A program made the position numbers and the translations under genes. Below are positions 47,804 to 57,521 of a DNA stretch of 64,000 nucleotides, one piece after another (positions within the stretch are counted from its first letter, which is position 1; every line of letters begins with the position of its first letter). A model generated the notes under the pieces. It was not told the origin of the DNA. It was given only the letters and a program-made list of their open reading frames with translations, and did no database searches. The stretch is from Candidatus Poribacteria bacterium. Its GTDB lineage: Bacteria > Poribacteria > WGA-4E > WGA-3G. The stretch spans positions 2,906,204-2,970,203 of the forward strand of contig OY282386.1 in assembly GCA_958295945.1 (NCBI GenBank), written 5' to 3'.

Positions 47804-49373
47804 TGCCTTTTTCTTTTAAATGAAAAATTGTCTCAGAATAGGCTGATTCGCGATTCTTTTCAGTCCGATTCAGTACAGGTCGCTTATGTTGATTGACAAT
47901 ACTCATCCCCGCCCTTTCAGCAATAGTGGGATACATGTTATATTTGTCATTAGCAACAATAAAGACATCGTAATCGTCCGCCAGAAACCTTTTACAATTC
48001 TTGAATACCGCTGCTACACCATGAATGTAAGATTCTCTCGCTTCACGGCCCTTACCTCGAAACAGAGGACCAATTTCCAACTCATCTAACCGTTTGAAAC
48101 CAAAAAGGTCATAAGCATAGGCATGTTGTTCATGATAATTTATAAGACCTACGTAGGGTGGACTTGTGAAGATTCCTTTTATCCTCTTTGCATGAGTAAA
48201 TTCTTCCAACTGTGGATTTTCACGTTTCAACATTTTAAAGATGTCAATAGTCCGTGAATCACCAGTAATGCAATGCTGACAGGTATCCGATTTTAACTGG
48301 TTAAACTCAATCCATCGTTCTATGCTATCTTTGCAATAACGTTCCCACCATCCTAAAATTGAAAAAAGTGGTTTACAGACCTTTCCATGCTTCCTGCAAT
48401 AGTATGTTGTTGTCATAGGTTCACGTAATGTGCCTAAATCTGCGTGTGTTGTTGCTCGACAGGAACGAATTGTCCTACTTAAAATTAGCATTAGTGCTTC
48501 TTGTACTGCTGCATCTTTTATTCTCTGTATTTTACTATGGACAAGTTCAATTTCTGCTCTTACTCCAGGAAGATACCACTGTTTCATAAATCTGGCAGAA
48601 TCTCTTGACATCTGAATGTCAATTTTGTGATCAGATACAAGTTTGAGGTATGTAGCTAAAAAAGCTGCTTCCTTCTCAGCACCATACTTTTTTTGATCAA
48701 TTTCTCCCGCTCTAACCTGACTTTTAAATGATATTGGAAAGTATTTATTATTGAATGATGACAAAGTCTCTGCCAGTTCTGCTTCAAACTCTCTTATTCC
48801 TAATGTGGATACGTAGTTTCTCAGTTCAGATGTGATTTCCTTGCTTTGTTCATAAAGTTGGATGAAATTGTAATGTCCAAGTTTTGCATTACTGATAAAG
48901 GCATTAAATGCAGAAATATCAATTCCCACAGCATGCATACCAAGTTCGTTTGCTTGTACCAGTGTAGTCCCGCTTCCACAAAATGGATCAAGGACAATAT
49001 CACCTGCTTGAAAGTAGACTTCCTTTTTAAACTCATCAACATGTCCATCTAAGAAATACTCAACTAATTGCGGAATGAATTTGCCCTTATAAGGATGTAG
49101 CCGATGGACATGTTTTGTCGTCTCCGCTTCTTTAATTTTCTCAAAGGACAATGTCCAATTTATGTCGGCACCGAGTTGATTTTTCCACCGTATTTCACGA
49201 TTAGCATGACCGTAATATTTTTTGAGACTATCCATTGGAATCATCTTTGATCCATTTTCAAACACCGTTTCAATGTGTCCATACTGGATAAGATAAGAAA
49301 TATTAGCAGTTGTCACATTTTTCTTCAGGTATTCTGAAGCCCATTGACTGGCTTGTTTGAGAGTCAGAAGCAT
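47769..49373 (-). CDS. DNA (amino-)methyltransferase, N6-adenine or N4-cytosine; orphan (no adjacent restriction endonuclease recognised)
   Basis: AdoMet motif I DPFCGSGTT, preceded by RLHPYKGKFIPQL (the HP..KP..L element). Catalytic motif IV TSPPY sits near the C-terminus. A ~270-aa putative target-recognition region separates motifs I and IV. Confidence 0.75.
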   Translation of the reverse strand: MLLTLKQASQWASEYLKKNVTTANISYLIQYGHIETVFENGSKMIPMDSLKKYYGHANREIRWKNQLGADINWTLSFEKIKEAETTKHVHRLHPYKGKFIPQLVEYFLDGHVDEFKKEVYFQAGDIVLDPFCGSGTTLVQANELGMHAVGIDISAFNAFISNAKLGHYNFIQLYEQSKEITSELRNYVSTLGIREFEAELAETLSSFNNKYFPISFKSQVRAGEIDQKKYGAEKEAAFLATYLKLVSDHKIDIQMSRDSARFMKQWYLPGVRAEIELVHSKIQRIKDAAVQEALMLILSRTIRSCRATTHADLGTLREPMTTTYYCRKHGKVCKPLFSILGWWERYCKDSIERWIEFNQLKSDTCQHCITGDSRTIDIFKMLKRENPQLEEFTHAKRIKGIFTSPPYVGLINYHEQHAYAYDLFGFKRLDELEIGPLFRGKGREARESYIHGVAAVFKNCKRFLADDYDVFIVANDKYNMYPTIAERAGMSIVNQHKRPVLNRTEKNRESAYSETIFHLKEKGSENEFTTANDD

Positions 49374-49529
49374 TTTTGATCCTTGAAATAATTGCGTTAT
49401 AACAATGTATTCTTGTTTCTTCTAGTGATGTTATCTCACAGATTTTCAATTGTCATTACGCACCAATTTTTAACCGAAGAAAGACAATCAATATATGGTA
49501 CAACGAAAAACAGATATGTTTAACTTCAA

Positions 49530-50864
49530 TTAATACACTTCAATATATTTGTCAGTTTCCCACTGGCTAACACTCATAAGGTAGTCTTGCCATTCTTCGC
49601 GTTTTATCTGAATGTAATAGTCAGCGTATTCTGTTCCTAATGCGTTTCTGATGACTTCATCTGCTTCAAGTGCATCAATCGCATCACTAAGTGTTGAAGG
49701 TAGGGAATGAATGCCTCTCCGCTGCAATTCTTCTTCAGAAACTTCATATAAGTTGTCCACATTTTGCTCTCCAGGATCAATCTGGTTTTCTATACCATCC
49801 AAACCAGCAGCAAGGAGTACAGTTGCAGCAAGATATGGATTTGCTGCACCATCACCTAATCGGTTTTCAATGCGTCCGGATGCAGGAATGCGAATCATTT
49901 GTGTGCGATTGTTTGAACCATAAGTAACGAAAACCGGTGCCCAAGATGCACCCGATCTCGGCGGTCTTCGGACTAACCGTTTGTAACTATTTACAAGTGG
50001 ATTTGTAATCGCTGTAATCGCTTGTGCATGCTTGAGAATACCACCAGTAAACCAATACGCAAGCTGAGATATACCATTCGTATCATTTTCATCAAGAAAT
50101 TGATTTGTATGATTTTCTTCATCCCAAAGACTCATGTGAAAATGAGCACCATTCCCGGTCAGGTTGGCAAAAGGTTTTGGCATAAATGTCGCTAACAACC
50201 CACGCTCTTCAGCAACCGTTTTGACCATCCATTTGAAGAAAGTATGTCGGTCAGAAGAGGCAAGAGCATCAGAGTATGTCCAATTGACTTCATACTGACA
50301 TGTACCATCTTCATGGTCATTAGCATAAGGTTGCCATCCCAATTCCTGCATATATTTTATCAAACTTGCCATCATATCAAGGTTGCGATATAATGCTTTC
50401 AAGTCGTAACACGGCTTATCCAAACTATCAAGTGTGTCCCAAGGTATATATTGTCCATCTTCATCCTGTTTCAAGAGCATGAATTCCGCTTCAATACCAA
50501 CATTAAATACATATCCATTCTGTTTTGCTTTTTCCAGTTGGTTTCGCAGAATAGTTCTTGGACAATAGTGCCATGATTGACCTTCTACGAACATATCTCC
50601 TGCAACCCATGCTAAGTTCTCTCGCCAAGGAACGATAGTCAAGGAAGAAAAATCAGGAATACAAGCCATCTCAGGATCATGTGGTCCTTGTCCAATCTCA
50701 CCTGCAGCAAATCCTCCAAAACCCGCACCATCATTAGCCATATCCTCAAGGTGTGTCACAGGAATAACCTTTGCTTTTGGTGTTCCACTCATTTCCACAA
50801 ATGAGCAGAGAAAAAACTCAATTCCGTTTTCACTAACAAACGATTTCACCTGATCTAAAGTCAT
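49530..50864 (-). CDS. Glutamine synthetase-family protein (GlnA/gamma-glutamyl-amine ligase type, 444 aa)
   Basis: N-terminal beta-grasp region (FVEMSGTPKAKVIP). Catalytic-domain motifs NVGIEAEFML and GNGAHFHMSLWD, plus NPYL. Confidence 0.65.
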   Translation of the reverse strand: MTLDQVKSFVSENGIEFFLCSFVEMSGTPKAKVIPVTHLEDMANDGAGFGGFAAGEIGQGPHDPEMACIPDFSSLTIVPWRENLAWVAGDMFVEGQSWHYCPRTILRNQLEKAKQNGYVFNVGIEAEFMLLKQDEDGQYIPWDTLDSLDKPCYDLKALYRNLDMMASLIKYMQELGWQPYANDHEDGTCQYEVNWTYSDALASSDRHTFFKWMVKTVAEERGLLATFMPKPFANLTGNGAHFHMSLWDEENHTNQFLDENDTNGISQLAYWFTGGILKHAQAITAITNPLVNSYKRLVRRPPRSGASWAPVFVTYGSNNRTQMIRIPASGRIENRLGDGAANPYLAATVLLAAGLDGIENQIDPGEQNVDNLYEVSEEELQRRGIHSLPSTLSDAIDALEADEVIRNALGTEYADYYIQIKREEWQDYLMSVSQWETDKYIEVY

Positions 50865-51078
50865 TAATACATTCCTTTATTGGGAGGAAGAAGAGATTGA
50901 CTGATGCAATTACGTTGACAATGTTGATTTTCTGTTGTTTGGGGGACTACTGAAAATGAGAAAATTATGAAAGAAATACAAGAATGTTTGGAATTGATTA
51001 CATTTGAAGATCTAAGACTATACATACCGAAGTTATTATCAGACAATCAGTAGATAAACTGTCTTTATGTGTTCTCAA

Positions 51079-52299
51079 CTAATAAACTTCTCGCAATGTA
51101 ACACTAACAATACTATGATTATAGTTAAGAAAATCAAGGATAGGATCTAATTCATTTGTTCGGTTCTGTGTGAATTGGTAATCAGCACTCAACGATAGAT
51201 TGCCAGAGAATTTCCAATTGAACGCAGCAGTAAATCCAAATTGTGTATCTCTCCTATCTTCTGCCCCTTCCATAATATTCCCATGCTCATCTCGAATCTG
51301 TCTACCATCAAACAACACCCATACACGAGCGAACCTTAACCGGAACCATCGTCCCGTGTCAAATTTGTAAAATGTGCTTAAAGCAGCTTCCATACTTAAA
51401 AAGTTGAAAAAATCTACATTAGAACGGTTAGAAAAGAAATTTGCTTCCTCTTGAAAAACAATACGGTCTGATACTGTTTCTAACAATTTGATTCCACCAG
51501 AATATCTCAAATCGAGTCTGCTTTCTCCAGGTTCCAGTCCAGATACACCTAATATCAGATTGTTCAAATTGGTATCATATTGACCATATTCTACAGCATA
51601 TTCCATTTTAGCTAACACCTGCTTTAGCAAACCAAATTGCAAACGAGCAGTTGTCCTGTGACTTGTAGATCCAATCAATAGAAAATCCTCTCTCAACTGT
51701 ATTGTATCGTCAAAATTGTGAATTCGCATATTATACTCAAATATACGTCCAATACGAAAACCAATATTCCTTTCGGTATTGTTGTAGACATCAAGGGTTC
51801 GTGTTAAACGATGAAACCGATGCGATGCAACAAAGGCAGGCAAACCAGAAAATGGACGGTAAAGCAGCTCTGTTGTTGACACATCTGTGAATGAATCAAA
51901 TTCATTGAGTTTTCCAGATTCACCAGAGTAATTTTCATATTGTGGTGAATACTGCACTTTCAGTCGGAGATTATCACCTGTAACAGGTAAATCACCGATT
52001 AGATCCAAACCGAATCGGTTAATATAACCTTGCAGTTCTGGACTTTCCTGACCAGCAAGGCTGCTCGTATAAGGATCAACACTTAATCCAAGTTCAATAT
52101 GATTGTTATATGTATTGGAAATTCGCGCATCTATTGTCAGTTTAGATGGTTCCGTCGTCTCTGGAGGAATTGGTTCTAACTGTAGCAATTCCGGTCCGAA
52201 TTCATCCTGTAACTGTGCAAACACATGTTGCCACTGACTAAAGAAAAGCAGAAATATAATGAGCACTATTATGCGAATACAATAAGACATATTAAACAC
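51079..52299 (-). CDS. Outer-membrane beta-barrel-like hypothetical protein (406 aa)
   Basis: Signal peptide (IIVLIIFLLFFSQWQHVFAQ), alternating amphipathic beta-strand pattern and a C-terminal ...VTLREVY aromatic terminus. Confidence 0.4.
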   Translation of the reverse strand: MFNMSYCIRIIVLIIFLLFFSQWQHVFAQLQDEFGPELLQLEPIPPETTEPSKLTIDARISNTYNNHIELGLSVDPYTSSLAGQESPELQGYINRFGLDLIGDLPVTGDNLRLKVQYSPQYENYSGESGKLNEFDSFTDVSTTELLYRPFSGLPAFVASHRFHRLTRTLDVYNNTERNIGFRIGRIFEYNMRIHNFDDTIQLREDFLLIGSTSHRTTARLQFGLLKQVLAKMEYAVEYGQYDTNLNNLILGVSGLEPGESRLDLRYSGGIKLLETVSDRIVFQEEANFFSNRSNVDFFNFLSMEAALSTFYKFDTGRWFRLRFARVWVLFDGRQIRDEHGNIMEGAEDRRDTQFGFTAAFNWKFSGNLSLSADYQFTQNRTNELDPILDFLNYNHSIVSVTLREVY

Positions 52300-52441
52300 A
52301 ATTTCTCCAATTTCACATATACAAATGCGACCAGGACTTCAAACATACCGTAGGCGCGCTTTGTAAGCGCGCCATAAATATATTTTCATCAGTTACAACC
52401 ACCAAATTAGGTACTGTTTTTATAGGACTCAGAAATTTACA

Positions 52442-53212
52442 TCACTCAATAATCCCATCTATAGGACTTGATGCAGTAGCATAGAGTTTCTTAGGAATAC
52501 GACCTGCTAAGAAAGCAGATCTACCTGCCTCAACGGCTTTTTTCATCGCTTCTGCCATCATCACCGGACGATGTGCTTTTGCAACAGCCGTATTGAGTAG
52601 AACACCATCGCAACCTAATTCCATCGCAATCGCAGCATCTGAGGCAGTACCAACACCAGCATCAACAATTAGCGGCACTTGAACGCTATCACGGATAATC
52701 TGTAAGTTATATGGATTCCGAATTCCCATACCAGAACCTATCGGTGCACCTAACGGCATCACAGCAGCACACCCTACATCTTGCAACTTTTTACAGGTTA
52801 TCGGATCGTCATTACAATAGGGCAACACAGTGAACCCATTTTCAATGAGTGTCTCCGCAGCAATTAACAACTGTTCAACATCCGGAAACAAAGTCTGTTC
52901 ATCGCCAATTACCTCAAGTTTAATCAACGATGTTTCAAGTGCTTCACGCGCAAGTTGTGCAGTCAAAATAGCATCCTTTGCCGTAAAACAACCCGCAGTA
53001 TTCGGCAGGATAGTTATATTACGTTCGCGTAGTAGTGTAAATAGATTCTCCGCAGTATCTTCTGTAAATTTCACACGACGCATTGATACAGTCGCAATTT
53101 CAGCACCACTCGCTGAAATTGCCTCTGTCATGATATGAAAATTCGGATATCCCGCAGTTCCGATAAGTAACCTTGATGTATATGAATTTTCTGCTATTTT
53201 AAGCTTTACCAT
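52442..53212 (-). CDS. thiG: Thiazole synthase
   Basis: [22 protein letters not shown]...ATVSMRRV and ...[15 protein letters not shown]...[29 protein letters not shown] are canonical ThiG motifs. Confidence 0.85.
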   Translation of the reverse strand: MVKLKIAENSYTSRLLIGTAGYPNFHIMTEAISASGAEIATVSMRRVKFTEDTAENLFTLLRERNITILPNTAGCFTAKDAILTAQLAREALETSLIKLEVIGDEQTLFPDVEQLLIAAETLIENGFTVLPYCNDDPITCKKLQDVGCAAVMPLGAPIGSGMGIRNPYNLQIIRDSVQVPLIVDAGVGTASDAAIAMELGCDGVLLNTAVAKAHRPVMMAEAMKKAVEAGRSAFLAGRIPKKLYATASSPIDGIIE

Positions 53213-53232
53213 TTATATCTTTCAAATCCGAT

Positions 53233-53553
53233 TTATCTTTTGTAAAACGTTACACCTTCAAGATCAATTTGATTTATTATGTCTTGATTGTTTAGATTAT
53301 CGTAAATAGACAAATCAATAGTATAAGGCAGCAATTGATCATCAAGATCACTGGCAATCTTGGAGAGAATCTTGTGCGTTAAGGCATTCCCACCACGAAG
53401 TGTGAGATCTATGTCAGAACCGTTCTTATAATTATCTCTTGCACGAGAACCGTAAAGTATAACTTCTTCTACTTCTGGATACCGATCAAAGACATCGTAT
53501 ATCTTTTGAAGTGATTTCTCAGACAAACCGTATTTCATGTTATAGTTAATCAT
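53233..53553 (-). CDS. Minimal nucleotidyltransferase (MNT/MntA-type), the antitoxin of a HEPN-MNT pair
   Basis: GSRARDNYKNGSDIDL (GS-x9-13-DxD nucleotidyltransferase motif); 106 aa. Overlaps the upstream HEPN gene by 8 nt. Confidence 0.75.
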   Translation of the reverse strand: MINYNMKYGLSEKSLQKIYDVFDRYPEVEEVILYGSRARDNYKNGSDIDLTLRGGNALTHKILSKIASDLDDQLLPYTIDLSIYDNLNNQDIINQIDLEGVTFYKR

Positions 53554-53965
53554 CTTCCATCAGTTGTTGTAATCGGATTAACAATCTCTCAAATTCTGTA
53601 TAGTAATCTTCGCGAATTATCTTTACTACATCGGCTGCAATTTCTTCATCATAAGTATGTGATGTCAATTTCCGTTTTTCTACCATATCCATCCATACTT
53701 CACCGTTTTCAATCAGTCCATTCCTAAAAGCAGCACGTGTTGTATCACGAGAACCAAATAAATTCAATAATCCTTGTGACTCCAGGAAATTCTTCATAGT
53801 TTTCCAGGCCACTTCATGTGTATATTCAAATCCTTGTATTAATCCTTGTGATTCCAAATCAGAAAGTTCACGTTGCTCTGCAAGTTCAACTGCGGATTTT
53901 AAGCGTGCAAATGCTCTTCCAAAACTGATGGCACGTTGAACCCAACGAGTCTCTTTAATATCCAT
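53546..53965 (-). CDS. HEPN-domain protein (HI0074-family nucleotidyltransferase substrate-binding protein, HepT-type toxin)
   Basis: 139 aa with the helical HI0074/HEPN pattern (AFARLKSAVELAEQ...GLIQGFEYTHEVAWKTMKNFL...TRAAFRNGLI). Adjacent to the MNT gene. Confidence 0.65.
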   Translation of the reverse strand: MDIKETRWVQRAISFGRAFARLKSAVELAEQRELSDLESQGLIQGFEYTHEVAWKTMKNFLESQGLLNLFGSRDTTRAAFRNGLIENGEVWMDMVEKRKLTSHTYDEEIAADVVKIIREDYYTEFERLLIRLQQLMEDD

Positions 53966-54063
53966 AATTCATCAACAATACCTAATGGTTTTCAATTAGT
54001 ATAACACCGCATATATTCTTTTTCAAGATATCCTTGAATCTGTCCTCAAATTCTAACCCTAAA

Positions 54064-54270
54064 TCATCCACCCTGAACAGCACGAATAATCTCTATTTCA
54101 CTGTTTTCCGTTACTTCATACGCCTTCCACTTCGATTTCGGAATTACCTCTTTCTCCACAGCAACTGCAATTCCAGACTGATGCGGATCTATCTCTAAGG
54201 AATTCAACAGATCCCATACATTCATTATTTCACGTATTTCTCTGTCTTCTCCATTAATACGTATATGCAT
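54064..54270 (-). CDS. thiS: Sulfur-carrier protein ThiS
   Basis: 68 aa, ubiquitin-like, C-terminal GG (..IEIIRAVQGG). Lies between thiO and thiG. Confidence 0.8.
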   Translation of the reverse strand: MHIRINGEDREIREIMNVWDLLNSLEIDPHQSGIAVAVEKEVIPKSKWKAYEVTENSEIEIIRAVQGG

Positions 54271-54273
54271 TTT

Positions 54274-55422
54274 TCACGACTCCTCTGATGTCAAAAACCT
54301 TGATAACTGAAAAGGGACAATTGTGGGGGAAGTCTCACCCGTTAAAATCAGTTTAGTTATCTCATATACGGTAACAGGTGTTAATAATATACCGTTACGG
54401 TAGTGTCCTGTGGCATATATAAGATTATCAATCGGTGTATTGCCAAGTATCGGAGCATTGTCCCTACTACCAGGGCGTAACCCTGTCCAAGATTCCAGAA
54501 TCGGTAACTCGTAAATTCCCGGAACAACTTCCCATGCGCCACGAAGCAATTCGAACATACCTCCCACAGTTAAACGCTCATCATATCCCATCTCTTCACT
54601 TGTCGCACCAACGATGAGTCTCCCATCAGATCTCGGAACAAGATATACATTAGTTGGATACCTTGCTCGGACGGTGCGAATGACCGTACTGATCTCTATT
54701 CCTTCATTCATCTCTAATGCTAACATCTGCCCTTTCACCGGACGGACTGGTGGCAGCATATCATTAGGGATACCATCTATCTGCCTAGACCAACAACCTG
54801 CTGCAAGAATAACAATATCACACTGTTTAATACCTTCATCAGTTTGCATGGCAGTCACTCTCCCATTTTCTATTACTATCTTATTGACGGTTCTATTTTC
54901 ATGCAACTTCCCACCATACTTTTGAAAAGCATACTTGAGCGCACAAATCATCAATCTATTATCCACCTGATGGTCAGTTTCACAGTGGATTGCTGAATTA
55001 ACCCGCGGGGATAGTGCCGGTTCTATTTCACATGCATCTCTCCCATTTAACCATTTCACCTCCAATCCAAATTGCTGTTGTGCCTTGTATAAGTGACGGA
55101 GTTGATGTGTATCATCAGGTTCTAAACCCACAATTAAAGTGCCTTCCACACGATAACCGATTGACATGTGGGTATCTGTCTCTAATTCATCAACCCATTG
55201 TGGATAAAGTGATAAACTCTCTATACCTAATTGAAGTAGTTCTGGTTCTTCTGTATGCACTTCAGCATAAGGGGCAAGCATACCTGCTGCTGCCCAAGAT
55301 GCAGCGCGTCCGGCTTCACCTCGATCAAATATGGTGACCGCGGCACCAGACTTCGCAAGCTGCCATCCAATTCCGAGTCCGATCACGCCTCCCCCGATGA
55401 TAACAATGTTCTCGTTTGACAT
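54274..55422 (-). CDS. thiO: Glycine oxidase (FAD-dependent), thiazole biosynthesis
   Basis: N-terminal FAD fingerprint IVIIGGGVIGLGIGWQLAKSG, DAO-family layout, thi operon context. Confidence 0.7.
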   Translation of the reverse strand: MSNENIVIIGGGVIGLGIGWQLAKSGAAVTIFDRGEAGRAASWAAAGMLAPYAEVHTEEPELLQLGIESLSLYPQWVDELETDTHMSIGYRVEGTLIVGLEPDDTHQLRHLYKAQQQFGLEVKWLNGRDACEIEPALSPRVNSAIHCETDHQVDNRLMICALKYAFQKYGGKLHENRTVNKIVIENGRVTAMQTDEGIKQCDIVILAAGCWSRQIDGIPNDMLPPVRPVKGQMLALEMNEGIEISTVIRTVRARYPTNVYLVPRSDGRLIVGATSEEMGYDERLTVGGMFELLRGAWEVVPGIYELPILESWTGLRPGSRDNAPILGNTPIDNLIYATGHYRNGILLTPVTVYEITKLILTGETSPTIVPFQLSRFLTSEES

Positions 55423-56429
55423 TAATCTTCCGATGATTCCGTTTCTTCTTCTAATAGATTAATAAATAGATCTTCTGCTTTAACAATTTTTTTGACTAAT
55501 CCATTTTCAAACGCGAATTTTGAAAATGCATCCCATTTCTCTTTTTCCTGAATCTGAGTTGTTGCAAATAAGTCCACTGTGTCGTTAAAAGCAAGTGTTT
55601 CTAATTCTTTATTTGCATCGGGATTTGCCTTAAAAAAGAATTCCAATGCAGATTCAGGATTCTTCTTCGTATATTTTATCGCTTCTCTAATCGCCATCAT
55701 CAAAGATTCAGCAGTTTTCGTATGTTTCTCCAAATAATCATCATTAGTAATAATTACCAATTCATAATAATCAGGTATACCGTGTTTCTCAAGTGCGAAA
55801 AATGCCGCCTCTGCTCCCTTAAGTTTCAGCATGTTAATTTCATAATTCCGAAATGGACCGATCACCGCATCAATCTGCCCGCTGATAAGAGGGGCAACAA
55901 TATTTGTCCCCACATTTATCAGTTTATAATCCTCTTTCTTTAAACCTGCATTCGCACCGATAGCATTAAACAGAAGCACATCCAATGGTGCTACCGTATA
56001 CCCAATTGTCTTGCCTTTGAAATCTGCGGGTGTCGTAATGCCTGATTTCTTGAGATATGTTATTGTATTCAATGGATGTTCAACAAGTAATCCTATTGAT
56101 TTGACAGGTAGTACCTCTTCACTTGCACGAGCTATAGTAACACTGTGCTGGTAATTCACAGCAAAGGGTGCCTTTCCTACTGCAACAAGTTTCAACGGTG
56201 CATCAGGGTCACCACCCCATTGTAAATCTACGGATAAACCGTGTTTTTCAAATATTTTGCTTTCTTTCGCAACATAAAGCGGCACATGGTCAATATTTGG
56301 AAACCAATCCAAAAGTAACGTAACATTCTCGGTTTCTGTTTTTAGATGTCCATCTGAATGTATATTGATATGTCCAGTTACCAATATACCACATGTGATG
56401 AATAAGACTAATCGTATTAACATTTTCAT
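55422..56429 (-). CDS. NMT1/THI5-like ABC substrate-binding protein (ThiY-type HMP/thiamine-precursor binding)
   Basis: Signal peptide. LLLDWFPNIDHVPLYVAKE...DLQWGGDPDAPLKLVAVGKAPFAV is typical of NMT1/THI5-like SBPs. ATGA overlap with thiO. Confidence 0.65.
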   Translation of the reverse strand: MKMLIRLVLFITCGILVTGHINIHSDGHLKTETENVTLLLDWFPNIDHVPLYVAKESKIFEKHGLSVDLQWGGDPDAPLKLVAVGKAPFAVNYQHSVTIARASEEVLPVKSIGLLVEHPLNTITYLKKSGITTPADFKGKTIGYTVAPLDVLLFNAIGANAGLKKEDYKLINVGTNIVAPLISGQIDAVIGPFRNYEINMLKLKGAEAAFFALEKHGIPDYYELVIITNDDYLEKHTKTAESLMMAIREAIKYTKKNPESALEFFFKANPDANKELETLAFNDTVDLFATTQIQEKEKWDAFSKFAFENGLVKKIVKAEDLFINLLEEETESSED

Positions 56430-56473
56430 AAGAAACTCCTTCCAAATTAATAATTGTCAATAATCTAAATTTA

Positions 56474-57244
56474 TCAGATCGTCTGTGTGTTTTTCTGACG
56501 TTTCCGCCACGGCATTGCCCAAAATTCCAATAGAGACATAATTGCAAATAAACCTAATCCCAAGAATGTTAGACTGAAAATTGCAGCAAAAACAAGATCT
56601 ACCTCAAGCGTTGAATTAGCATACAACATCAAAAACCCAAGTCCTGCACTTGCCCCTACCCATTCACCGATCACAGCACCAATTGTGGATATTGAGATAC
56701 CAATTTTCGCGCCAGAAAAGATGAACGGTAGTGCAGTAGGTATACGCACTTTCCAAAGTATCTGCCATCGTGATGCACGTAGTATCTTAAAGAGGTCCAC
56801 CGTATCCGGATCGGTAGATTTCAATCCATCTAATGTAGTTAGGACAATAGAAAAAAACACAATAATTGCTGCCATCATAACTTTTGAGGCAATCCCAAAC
56901 CCAAACCAAACGACTAACAATGGGGCAATCGCAAACACAGGTACCGTTTGGGAACCAATTACATAAGGATAAAATGCTTTCTCCAAAATCGGAAACTCAA
57001 ACATCAGCACTGCTAAAGGGACACCAACACTAACCGCAAGTGCAAATCCGAGCAACATTTCTTGTAATGTCACCCAAGAATGCTTCAATAATCGATCGTG
57101 TTCTTCAAATAGGGTTACTACTATTTTTGATGGTGGCGGAAGAATAAAGTGTGGTATCTCTTTAATATACACATATACTTCCCAAGTTCCCAACACAGCC
57201 AACAATATCAGTACTGGTAACACATAATTACTGAAAGAACGCAT
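56474..57244 (-). CDS. ABC transporter permease (nitrate/sulfonate/bicarbonate-type, ThiX-like)
   Basis: Six predicted TM helices with the EAA-like loop region (..LKSTDPDTVDLFKILRASRWQILWKVRIPTALP). Confidence 0.7.
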   Translation of the reverse strand: MRSFSNYVLPVLILLAVLGTWEVYVYIKEIPHFILPPPSKIVVTLFEEHDRLLKHSWVTLQEMLLGFALAVSVGVPLAVLMFEFPILEKAFYPYVIGSQTVPVFAIAPLLVVWFGFGIASKVMMAAIIVFFSIVLTTLDGLKSTDPDTVDLFKILRASRWQILWKVRIPTALPFIFSGAKIGISISTIGAVIGEWVGASAGLGFLMLYANSTLEVDLVFAAIFSLTFLGLGLFAIMSLLEFWAMPWRKRQKNTQTI

Positions 57245-57368
57245 CTAATTTTTTTAACAGCAAAAAGCCGTCTTCCGTTTTCGGTATAGAACATGCCGGT
57301 AGTTATATTAACTGCCTTAACAGTACCAAAAAGAAGCGGCTCAGTTCCTCAAAGGTTGAGGCACAATT

Positions 57369-57457
57369 CATTTTGTTTTTCCCTACGCTGGCATGACCCA
57401 GATCAGGTTCAATGGGTGTTTTCTCAGCTCCTATACGTATAAGAGCACCCCATAATG
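57369..57457 (-). ncRNA. TPP (THI-element) riboswitch aptamer
   Basis: The minus-strand RNA reads CAUUAUGGGGUGCUCUUAUACGUAUAGGAGCUGAGAAAACACCCAUUGAACCUGAUCUGGGUCAUGCCAGCGUAGGGAAAAACAAAAUG. It contains the hallmark GGGGUGC...CUGAGA and ACCUGAUCUGG.UAAUGCCAGCGUAGGGAA elements. A hairpin plus U-run follows before the permease start at 57244. Confidence 0.85.
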
Positions 57458-57521
57458 TCATTTCAATACTATTGTATCATAATTTCATAATCTCTGCAAT
57501 ACATTAAGAATCAACTCATTT

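Noticed and set aside
50864-51046. 60-aa minus-strand ORF adjoining the glutamine synthetase-like gene
   Set aside because: It has no RBS and no convincing coding pattern. It sits in what is more likely the promoter or leader of the glutamine synthetase-like gene.
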